Positions 12,328 to 33,800 of a stretch of DNA of 64,000 bases are shown here, in pieces. The DNA lies in the NCBI GenBank assembly GCA_030141605.1, contig JAQGDQ010000465.1:62001-126000 (forward strand). The letters are read 5' to 3'. The first letter of the stretch is position 1, and every line of letters starts with the position of its first letter. The notes below the pieces were generated by a model, which saw only the letters and a list, made by a program, of their open reading frames with translations, was not told the origin of the DNA and ran no database searches. This DNA comes from Tubiluchus corallicola (lineage: Eukaryota > Animalia > Priapulida). Position numbers and translations under genes: made by a program.

Positions 12328-13413
12328 ATGGAACAAAATGGAACAATGAACGTGACAATTCACCCAATGGTGGAGCAGGCAATTGAAGACCAGGCTCGTT
12401 TTTTCGACACACCCGGTATCCGCTACGTTTACACCACCCTGTTCATGCTCTCTGCTATTGCAGCCATTGTTGGCAGCTCGTTTGTCGTAACCGTCTTTGC
12501 GCTGCACAAGCGGGAGACTAAACCTTCGTTAAGGTTCATCATAAACCTGGCCGTAGCCGACGCCGTTATGGGAATTTACGGTTTATTTAACGTTTTATTG
12601 AATTTTCTTGATGTCATACCTCGCAGCGTTAACGCCTGTATAGTCGTGCATGCATGCGAGACATTTGTGGTGTTGGTTAACGCGTTGGGTATACTGCTTA
12701 TTTCAATAGACAGGTACATTGGTGTCATTCACGCCCTCAAATACAGGACATTGTTGTCCACTGAACGGACAATCGGTGCTATCATCACATGCTGGACAAT
12801 TGCCGGTCTTTACCCGCTGTACGTTCTCGTGCACGGAGCATGGATAATAAAACGCTATTTTGAAAGAGAACATCCGGATAGCCAGTTCGCCGACGTTAAG
12901 TGCATTCACGGTATTTGGCAACCTGTTGTCGTCATTTTCGTATGTATAGTAAACTTGATGCCGATCGTCGTTACGGCTGCGCTGTATTACTCCATCTTCA
13001 GAGCCGTGCGGAAGCGTCATGACAACAAGGATCAAACGCGCAGTCGTAAGATGCGGAAGACGGCCGTAACCGTGACGATCATCGTCGGCACTTTCACAAT
13101 CGGATTTGTCCCGCTGATGGTGTACAACATCCTGCTGGCCATCAAAATCCTGACGAGTTGGTACAGGAACAGAAGCGTCAGTAGCATCATAGCGTTATTT
13201 ATGCCCGTGTTCACCTCTGCACTCGACCCGCTCATCTACATATACCGCTATCCGGACGCGTACGAAGCCGCCAGGAGATTCTTGAGGCAAGTGAGTCGAC
13301 GTTTCTGGTTCAGAGATGCCGTAAGTCCGCAGGAAAGATCTATTTTTCACACTAGGACTGGCCAGGAAGCTTACGATTGCTACAGCACGGCAGCACAATC
13401 CAGCAGTAAATAA
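12328..13413 (+). CDS. Intronless rhodopsin-like (class A) G protein-coupled receptor, about 361 aa, ligand unknown
   Basis: Single ORF from first in-frame ATG at 12328. It has seven hydrophobic segments, N-terminal NGT/NVT sequons, TM2 NLAVAD, a TM3 Cys and ISIDRY, a TM4 Trp, TM6 FTIGFVP and TM7 DPLIY. Confidence 0.92.
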   Translation: MEQNGTMNVTIHPMVEQAIEDQARFFDTPGIRYVYTTLFMLSAIAAIVGSSFVVTVFALHKRETKPSLRFIINLAVADAVMGIYGLFNVLLNFLDVIPRSVNACIVVHACETFVVLVNALGILLISIDRYIGVIHALKYRTLLSTERTIGAIITCWTIAGLYPLYVLVHGAWIIKRYFEREHPDSQFADVKCIHGIWQPVVVIFVCIVNLMPIVVTAALYYSIFRAVRKRHDNKDQTRSRKMRKTAVTVTIIVGTFTIGFVPLMVYNILLAIKILTSWYRNRSVSSIIALFMPVFTSALDPLIYIYRYPDAYEAARRFLRQVSRRFWFRDAVSPQERSIFHTRTGQEAYDCYSTAAQSSSK

Positions 13414-13730
13414 AAAATAATAACATTGAAATGACAAATAGCTGAGTGTAAAACATTGATTGTCTAGGACTATGGATTTCTCCAAATAACACATTGTGTT
13501 TAAGATCTGTCATCTGACCTTATAACCGATGTACCCATTACTGCAAAAATGTATTCTACTGCACTAAATTTCTATTGTCTCGACCTTTAGACAAAAGTGA
13601 CACGTAAATTTAGGTTTTGTTTGTCTATTTACCATTTATTCACTGTTGTAAACATAAAAAGTCAGTATATTACAAAAAGTTATTTACAAACAAACAATTT
13701 CTTTACATAAGGCTTCATAGATAGTGAACG

Positions 13731-23325
<9,595 letters not shown>

Positions 23326-26300
23326 TCCAACCTTGTGCTGTCCTCTGTTGGCAAAAAGTATTAAAATATATTGTGGTCTGCAAAAATACTCACTAATCTT
23401 ACTGAGAATAAGATACTGAGAAAATAATACTCAAGGAAGGAAGTAAAGGAATAAAAAAAGAAAAGGGTTTCACTCGCAAAAGAAGAGCAGCTTAAATGCA
23501 AATAATATTTTCCAAATGATTATACTACATCACACAAAATCATTCACAGTTATTCATTCAGCACATATATCATTTTCTATGCTACGACACTACTTTAATA
23601 TTCCAGAAGCTGTAAAAAATAAAAACAAATTGAGAACATTTCTCGCAGTTTATCACTATAAAATTGCTTTTCACTGTAAAGTAAACTATAAAATTGTTCA
23701 TTTAATTTGAGCCCAACTTGTTTGCAGTTTAGTCATAATATAAACTGTATCAAACAAAAATTATTTTTCAGTTCTAATGTGGTTAAAGTTACCTTCTAGA
23801 AACACGCTGTACGTATTGAAACCAATTTGTAACTGCACACGCATGACAATACTAGAAACTGCATAACAGCTAGAGGACTAAAACAAGCCATTTCCCAATC
23901 ACAAAAAAATTATTTCTTAGACACCCATTTGATTGTTTTGTTTACCTGATGGCTAAGACTGGAACAAATTCCTTTTTGATACCTATGCAAGAAAAGATTG
24001 CATTTCTCAGCATTCATTTTAATGTGGACTAGTCTAAGTCTGGATTATAGGTTGATATAGTCATACTAATCTTCGAATCATTTGGCGATATGGAGACAAC
24101 ATTTTAAGCCAACTATCCATCCACACAGACTACACCTGCATCTTTGGACTGCATGTTTTAACTTTAATCAAATTCAGGAAACAGAACAAGGAGAGGTAGT
24201 TCTTCGCAACTTCATAAAAAATTATTTGTGGTGTGTTAGCACTGAAAAATTGTTGTTAATTATTGCCCAAGCATTGGTAAGGACAGATGCTCCAACACGA
24301 GGTCACAAACAAAAATCGAATGCATTTATAAGAAGGAACATTGTATAAATTATAATGTTTAATATAGTGTATTATTAATTTAGCAGAAACTGCATTGACA
24401 TACAAGAATAACCTATTTTTTGTTTTCACTTCTTTTTTGATAATTTGTATCATTTATACTGTTTTTTATTATTTTTTCTTATTTGTTTTTGTTTTTGTTA
24501 TCTGCAGCCTCACCATTTATTTTTAATATACTAATCTAATTATAAGAAAGGGCAGGAGACTAGATGACCCTACGGTCCTTCCCTGCCCTGCTCCACGATT
24601 ATATTTACATAATATTTAAAAAACTTTTTATGTCAAACAAATTGGAGAAAATAAATGTTCTATGTCTATGTCTACTGCAAAACAGGCATGGCAAAATTTT
24701 CAATCATACATTACTCGTGTATAACCATCTGCTTTGGTCCATTTATTCGTTTTAAGTGTGTCCATTTTCAGAAATGAAAATGTCTCGAGTTTAAAGCTTT
24801 GTCTTTTATAGAACAATAATGTATTACGTGTTCTGACAAAACTTCTCTAATAGAATATAGCTATAATTTAAGCATGTGTGTATCTATCGTGGAATATCCA
24901 AAATTTACATCGACTCGAAAGTGGTGCTGACAAGCCACTGGCATAGTGTCGAGTTTCCTTCTGGATAAACTTCTGTGTTTCTCTACCTTTACAGCAGATT
25001 TCTTTTATTTTAGAGTTCTGCCTGCCTAATGTCTACAATCGATGTAATGGGCGTATGATGATGATGAAAATTTCTATAAACTTTTTTCAATTATGAGACA
25101 CAAGTGACAGCCCCAGCCCACCAATTTGTATTTTCTATAAAAAACTTATAGATAATGAAATGTAATAAATAAAACAGCAATATTTATTACAGCAGAACAC
25201 ACCGATGCAGTGACAAACTACACTATATTTTTGTGCTTAAGCCTATTTAATGATAAGTATTTACACGAAAATGAATACACTGTTTACAATATAAGTGAAT
25301 ATGCAAAGTAGGTACAAAAGTGTGTAATATTTTTATATACACTGGCTAATATTGGCAAACGTTGATAAACAAAAGAGCAAGAAAAACACTAGAGGATTTT
25401 CAATATCAGATTTTTCTTCACGTGAATCACAAGTTTCTTATAAGTGAAAAAAAATCATATTTGACGTCAAAACCAAAATGATTTTAATTACTGCACTGCA
25501 GCATCAGCATGAGCTACAAAACTTTTCTGTACACAGTCTGTCTTGCACACTGTGATAAGTAACAACAAAACATTTGACAAAAATACTTAATAGGTAAATT
25601 TCACTTATACAATTTTGAGACGAAAACAAATGCCAAAAGTTGCATCATTATCAACAAATTCGAATATAAGAATTAACAAGGCTGCAAAACAGCAACCTTC
25701 AGTGCAGTCTTGTGACTGAGTATTGCATCTATGTGGTCGTGGTGCAGTCCTATTGAAACTGAAGTATAATAGTAGCAGTGCTTAACAGTTATTGTGTGTA
25801 AACAAATACACCTATAACGGCGCAATCCATACGGCAGCTGTACATAAAGTTGATGCTAAATGAATCTTAATGATGTCAACTCCACGAAAAATAAATGCTT
25901 TATATTTCCAATCAACTGTATCATTTAATCTCTTATGCTTAACAAACTTATGCTCTTAAATGAGAAAGCATGACTAGACGACATTTTAGGCTTACATTTT
26001 TAATTACATAGTTTTTTCACAAGTGTTTAGGCATAGAATTTGGTGTGAAAGCCACAAATGCCTGTGATGCTCAGCATCCTACAAAAGTGGCAGTCCTTCC
26101 TACAAAAGCAGCAGTCCTAGCAGACTGCCAAAATGTGCATCATCCCTTATATTAAAACAGTTAGCAAAAAACAATGTTTAACAATGATACAAGCAACAAC
26201 ATTACTGACATGTTAAATACGTCATGTCTGCCAAACACACACAGATATCGTATGGCATCCATTAAAATGAATGCATTAAATGTGTAACAGAAACTGCACG

Positions 26301-27168
26301 GGACATACAAAACAGCGTGACCTGAAAGCTGTAATATGCAGAAAAAAGAACAATAGATGGCAGCACTAAGTTATGAAGGAATCCAAAAACACAGATTGCA
26401 CTACAAACCTCTCACGCACAAGAGGCAGCAAATCTGGAAATGTTTCAGAAAAGTTGAATAAAACCTGGAGATTTTACATCACAGATTTTTTTTACATTCA
26501 CTTTAAATAACTGAAAATAATACTTCATACATTAAATTTAAGATCAATAATATTTTGGAAAATCCAAAAATGACAAAAACCAAAATTTCGTGTTCAGAAA
26601 ATTTGGTTGTTGACTGCGATAAAATGAGACACATTTTACTGTTTTTTTTAAGTTGTTTTCATTGCGAAATGAGAGCTCATTTAAGTTACAACAGACTGCT
26701 AGAATGCGAGGACACTCTATAAACTGATTTGTGGAACAAAAGTTTGTATTTTTTCTTTTTGTTTAGCAAAATCAAAATCTACTGATCTTTTATTTACCAC
26801 GAGAGAGCAAAGGTGTACTACGAGACCGTGAGTAAAGAACTAAAATCATGTGACTGGCCGTAAAAAATGACCGGTCTGGTACACAAAACGCTTACACTAA
26901 ACTAAATGCTTACAAATCTCATTCTTGGCAGAAACTGTTTCTCTATCTGACAAAACAAATTATATAATCAACTATAAAAAAGGCAAATAATAATAAGGGT
27001 CAATGACAGTTACAAACAAAAGGTAATTACTAGTCGTTCAGATCCACGATTTAAATCCTGATGCAGCCCAACCCTTCTGCGTTCCCTTGTTCTCCAATCA
27101 AGTTCAGTTTCAAAAATTCAGTAAACTTAGTTTTGAGATTGCGACTACGGATAACTGTTGCTTTAGTC

Positions 27169-27254
27169 CAGGGGTGTGCAAATTACCTGACTAGTCGGGC
27201 CACATTAAACTTTCCCGCAATACCTGCGGGCCATAGGCAGTTTGCACACCCCTG
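27169..27254 (+). mobile_element. 86-bp minimal hAT MITE, family A, in the probable TBPL1 3' UTR
   Basis: CAGGGGTGTGCAAA...TTTGCACACCCCTG with perfect TSD CTTTAGTC. Confidence 0.9.
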
Positions 27255-27885
27255 CTTTAGTCCAATAGGTAATAAAGTCAACAAAGATAGTGTATGGTCA
27301 ACCACACAAGAGATACTACTTCGTCACATCGCTAACTGCATACACAAGCACACCTACAACACCACACAAAGAAAAACCCGACTTACTGACCAGGCATTAA
27401 GCGCATCAGTAGAAGGAAAATATTACTGCAACTACTAACAATAGTACTCGGCAATATTATCACCATTTCTCTGAATAACGTTAAGAACCACGTACCATCA
27501 TGCATATTACTTGCACATTCAGGTCAACACTCTCATGAAAATGTAAGTACTGGAAAAGAAAATCAAGATTAGTGACCACTGACCACTCTCAACTCATATT
27601 CTGGTCAATATACATATAATAGAGTTTGAAGATGGATTGCAAAAAAAATCCACGCGCCCACAACACAAACACGTTATATCGGCTTTCGGGGTCTAAAATA
27701 ACTGGCCGTCGAAATAAGACGTTTTACACACTCTTGCCAAATAAAAAAACTGCAAGCAAAATACTGCAAAACTCATTTGCATAATAATGTATCAAGACAA
27801 AGTAACAGAGAAAAGTGCTTGTCTATGTACACAAAAAGAGATACATAATGATAAACTTATGACAACAATAATGAATATGTAATAA

Positions 27886-30800
27886 TTAATGTAAGCTGTC
27901 ATCGGTATCACAACTCTCCTCTGACGATTCGGCGTTTGGCAGGTGTTGTCTTTTCGTTGCTGACTGTGTTTGCGATGGCGCGATTCGCTTGCGCTTTTTC
28001 AACGGAAACTTAACTTTGGGTTGTCGAGCTGCCTCCGATTTTATCCGCTTCGCTTCCTCTGTATCCGTGACGCTGTACTCGTACACAAGTGGAAAAATGT
28101 CTGTAATGGCTGCCTGGACATTTGCAACAGATGGTGCTAAAAATGTGATACAAAAGAAATGTTGTTATAATAATTTATCATTTTCATTACATATGTGTAC
28201 ATTCGTTACTGAATCTCCATTTCATGAGGAACATTTTGATACTAAGCTCATCGCTCTACGTTATTTCTAAGCTGAGATAATCCACATTGAAGTTGAGGTG
28301 CATCCTCTACACTGAAAAACATAATCTTGAGAAAATCACAGTTAAAGTCAGCCATTGTTTCCGACACGTTTCTGTAAAAGATTTAACAACCGCATAAATG
28401 TTGGTTGCTACAAACTTTACAAGAACACATTGAAGTTATGTTCAAATCCAGTAGATGGCTCTTACTGATGAAGATCTGGGCTTGACAACAGAAAAGAAAA
28501 CAGCAGGCAAACTGACTGCTTCCACGAATTACTGTCGGAGTTAGAAAATACATGCTTTTTAGAATTGCAGCATTAGTTTCTAGCCAGAAAAGTGGACATG
28601 GAGCGGTAAAATTAGATTTTTAGTATTTTTTTGAACATATTCTTGATAATTTGAATATAAAAATCCAATGTACTTAGCATTTGTTTTTATAAAAAACAAA
28701 AAACTGATATTTGACCAAATTTTCGGTGCCTTCTACTTTGAAGCATCATAATGTAGTTTTAACTATGCCGACTTATGGATGGTTTTGGCTTGCAAGCAAC
28801 ACATTTATACTCTGCCTGCAAATACTTGAAGATTCTATGTTTCTTTTACAATGAAGAATGAACCAGTTTAGTTTTTGAAAGAACAAGAAAACACTATTCT
28901 TACAAAAAGTTAAAAAAAATTTCATCTTGAAATTTTATATTACTTGCACGCTGTCTTATTGCACACAGAGTTTCTGTTAGCAGAAATTCTGTACAAAAGT
29001 TGAAAACTTTAAATTCTGACGATCGAAAAGCCGCAGCCATTTTAACGGTAAGAAGTTTGAAACAAGCTTAGATAAAATTACGCAAAGTTGGACAAAAAAT
29101 AGTTAGGTTATTCTTAGCACATTCGTCACTAACTAAGCAAAAGTAAAAAGTACTTTATATTGTCGATAAGATCCATAATGTACTTTTGATGAATCAGTGG
29201 TGCACTAAGGTAGAGTGAAACAACAAGCAGTTTTACCGAGTAGCACAAACATTTTAAATTACTAAGAATTTTCTTTTCCAGTTATACAAGCCTTCCAACC
29301 AGGAACAGGTACATTCAACAGTTAACAGTGTAAGAATTTAATATAATTTTACTTTTATTTTAGAATACGGCACAACTGATTCATCGTATGTAGGTACTGT
29401 GGAACTGCAGCGCCCCCTATTTTCACTCAATATTATCGACGATATTCAATATAATAAATCTTTTTTCTTTAGTTCTTTCTTCACGCTTGTACGGTCCACA
29501 GCACTGTTTGCTTCACAACCCAACCCAGTTGTAAGCTTGGCAGTTGTGCTCATGCGGCCATGTGCACATGTCTGAGACGACACATGTATGCTGAACGGCT
29601 AGCGCTTGCTACTAGGTAGAGAAAGTACTTGGGTCGTTTGCAGCTTGGCATCTTGTATACATAATAATATGTTATTAAATACTTTTATAACGTGCAATGC
29701 TGTAATGATCATTGTGGATATATTTAAAAATAAATAATAAATAAATAAATAATCGGCTAGTGGCTGATCCTGCCACACGTTAATAATAAGTGCTGAGTGC
29801 TGGATGCTGGCCTGCAATGTGCTGAAATGTTTTAAACCTAGAATAAACTGAGAATTAATGTTTCAGAGAAAGTACTGCTACTCAAACAGTTCTTACTTAT
29901 CTCAGTTGTAACGCTGCTTAAAAACCGTGAACCGGCAATTTAGGCTATTCGTAAAGCAAGAAAATTTTTGTCTATGATTTTATTAAATTTATGCATAAAT
30001 TTTTCTACGTTTGTTTGTTTAAAAATTACAATTACAAATTACAACATAAAAATTACATGTTCGTTTCATCTTACACGGTATTAAAACAATGGCTAAAAAT
30101 TTTCTGAAGCAGCAGACCCACTAATTTTAAGTACGAGCCTCCGCTGGATTCATCACCAAAGTGGCTTTGATCCACCACGATGTAAATTTAATTTCAACAC
30201 TTTGGCCATACACTTCAGTATATTTACCTGTTACTGTAATACTGCCAGTAGAGAATATTTTCAAAACAGCCTTCAGATTGCTCATTCTATATGTGACACC
30301 AGGGTGCAGCTCAGGTTCATAACTGGAAAAATATGAAAGTTCTATTAAAGCACAAGAAAACCCTCAACTTACATAAAGCTTAAAAAATTCGTCTCAAAAT
30401 TTTATACCACTTACGTACTACCTTTTCGTATGCATGGCTTGCTTCGGCCGTAACGCTGTATAAAACGTGTAAATTTAAACTCCCGCGATGACCGTTAGGC
30501 GCAGCCATTTTAATGATAGGTCGTTTGAAACAAGTTTTGATAACATCGAGTAAAGTTTGAAAAAATAATCAGAGCATTCGCAGCATACATGTTGCTAATT
30601 AAGTAAAATTTTAAATTACTGTATCTTGTCAATAAGATTAAAATTACGTTTTTGGCTAGTAAGTGGTGCACCCTGGAGAGTGAGTCAACGATATTTTACC
30701 AATTGGTGAAAACAATTTTTAAATTTTATCACATAAGTCTTTCCAGCAGGTAGGTGAAGTGCTAAGTAATATAGATTTGCACGGAAAGTTTTTGGTACAT

Positions 30801-33800
30801 AATTTAACATTGCCTTTTGTTCCCCTGATTTACCTGGCGTAGTGACGTCATGTAATGGCGCCGTCGGAACAGTACTGCGGGAGATTTAAAATGAAAGAAA
30901 ATTCCTTTCAACGCGAGTACGATATGTGCATAAAATTGCTGCAAAGTAATACAATTTTTTAAGGCGATTTTTTTGAAACCTGCTTCAGGTGCCTTGTTTC
31001 TTGTCCTTTAAACAAATGCATTCGTAATGACTATGTAACCTGTTTTACAACATATAAACGAAGAAACTGTGGCTTTGATTTGTTAACTAAATTTAGCATA
31101 AAATAGTCATTGCCAAATGTCTGTGAACATTTCCGATATGATTTTGTTTTTACTGTTTTAACTACAAGTCTTAACAATGTACTGAAACTCAAGTGACAAG
31201 GTGTCTTATAAAAGATGAATGATACTATCACCATTAAACTGATTCGTTTTCGATTTTCAAAGGCAGCCTCCATCCCATAATTAGTGAAGAATGTTAGTGG
31301 GTGTTTTATCACATGTACTACAATATTGAGTATTTTCATGAACTATTACGTAAAAGCGTGTTCTAACACACAGCAAAATGGGTGTCACGGAAAGGCAACT
31401 ACCAAATTTTTGTTCTGTGTTTATAATAGTTAGCCAAAATTTTGCATACAGTAACTCATTACCCTGGACAAGTACAGGGAGACAAATGATCAAACTTCCG
31501 TAGCCAAGTAGCTGCTAATAAACAGTAAACACACTAATCAAATAATCTTAGGTGAAGCCAATAAAAACAAATTAATCTTTTTGTCACTACTGGTTGCCAT
31601 TGTTGATAAAATACTGTTTAAAGACGTGAAATATCTATACTTCAGTCTAGTAATGTCAACTGCAAAATTCTTTATCAGCTTTAATATCACTTCCTAAATA
31701 TTTTACACTAGTTTCCACTTCAGTGACACGCCACAAAACAAAATGCTCCCATAACCCGGACAGCTTTTACCAAAATATAACAACATCGTCTTCTTTGGAT
31801 TAAAAGTAATACTCCGGTGTTTATCATATATTTCAAATATGTTTAGCATTTCTCTAAAATACATCATCTGCATACAATAGAGTGGCTACAAATGTTTCTC
31901 CAACATAACATCTATGCATTTCTTTGCATAATTCTTTATAAGATCGTCATTGTTTATGCAGTAGAGAACTGGAGACAGTACTCCACCCTGCTCTACTCCA
32001 GATATTTCCTATGGTAGCAGAACAACACTGGAGACAGTACTCCACCCTGCTCTACTCCAGATATTTCCTATAGTAGCTGAACAAGACTGGAGACAGTACT
32101 CCACCCTGCTCTACTCCAGATATTTCCTATAGTAGCTGAACAAGACTGGAGACAGTACTCCACCCTGCCATACTCCAGATATTTCCTATGGTAGCAGAAC
32201 AAGACTGGAGACAGTACTCCACCCTGCCATACTCCAGATATTTCCTATGGTAGCAGAACAAGACTGGAGACAGTACTCCACCCTGCTCTACTCCAGATAT
32301 TTCCTATGGTAGCAGAACAAGACTGGAGACAGTACTCCACCCTGCCCTACTCCAGATATTTCCTATAGTAGTTGAACAAGACTGGAGACAGTACTCCACC
32401 TTGCCCTACTCCAGATACTTCCTATAGTAACTGAACAAGACTGGAGACAGTACTCCACCTTGCTCTACTCCAGATATTTCCTATGGTAGCAGAACAAGAC
32501 GGGAGACAGTACTCCACCCTGCCTAACTCCAGATATTTTCAGTAGCAGAACAACACTGGAGACAGTACTCCACCCTGCCCTACTCCAGATATTTCCTATG
32601 GTAGCTGAACAAGACTGGAGACAGTACTCCACCCTGCCTAACTCCAGGTATTTTCTATAGTAGCTGAACAAGACTGGAGACAGTACTCCACCCTGCCCTA
32701 CTCCAGATATTTCCTACAGTAGCTGAACAAGACTGGAGACAGTACTCCACCCTGCCCTACTCCAGATATTTCCTATAGTAGCTGAACAAGACTGGAGACA
32801 GTACTCCACCCTGCCCTACTCCAGATATTTCCTATAGTAGCTGAACAAGACTGGAGACAGTACTCCACCCTGCCCTACTCCAGATATTTCCTATAGTAGC
32901 TGAACAAGACTGGAGACAGTACTCCACCCTGCCTAACTCCAGATATTTCCTATAGTAGCTGAACAAGACTGGAGACAGTACTCCACCCTGCCTAACTCCA
33001 GATATTTCCTATAGTAGCTGAACAAGACTGGAGACAGTACTCCACCCTGCCGTACTCCAGATATTTCCTATAGTAGCTGAACAAGACTGGAGACAGTACT
33101 CCACCCTGCTCTACTCCAGATATTTCCTATAGTAGCTGAACAAGACTGGAGACAGTACTCCACCCTGCTCTACTCCAGATACTTCCTATAGTAGTTGAAC
33201 AAGACTGGAGACAGTACTCCACCCTACGCTACTCCAGATATTTCCTATAGTAGCTGAACAAGACTGGAGACAGTACTCCACCCAGTGTGAGAGTTGGGAA
33301 AAATCACAGTTACATTATCAACGACCACCAGTAATATGACCCCGACTTCTTTCGATATTAAAGCAAGAAGCTTTAATAAATAAACTAGTCTCTCAAACAA
33401 ATCTGCCCTCAAAATAATCAAACACAGAAGTAAACCAGCAGAAATCTAGACACTGCCATGCCAGTGCCCTGTCAGCACCACTTCCGTACTTTAAATGCAA
33501 CAAACTACAGATGAATCTGAACAACTCACCTCGCCAAACTGCGATGATTGGCCGAAAACTTGGCTATTTGAATAGGCCATGGCAAGGCACAAGTGCCTAG
33601 TACATTAACTACGCGCAAGTTAGCTAACCGAACACGGTAGCCAAGCTTCTGCAGTATCCGAGCGTACCGACGTGCAGCTATCCTTGCCGCCTCCTCACTG
33701 AAAAACGATAATGAACGAATAACAAATTAATATTCTCAACACGTTTCAATTATTTTCAATCTCACTGTCTAGATTATCATTAATGATGATACAAATGCAC

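Noticed and set aside
12199-13494. Several minus-strand ORFs overlapping the GPCR (likewise 45531-45860 over INSIG)
   Set aside because: They are antisense shadows of real coding sequence with no recognisable motifs.
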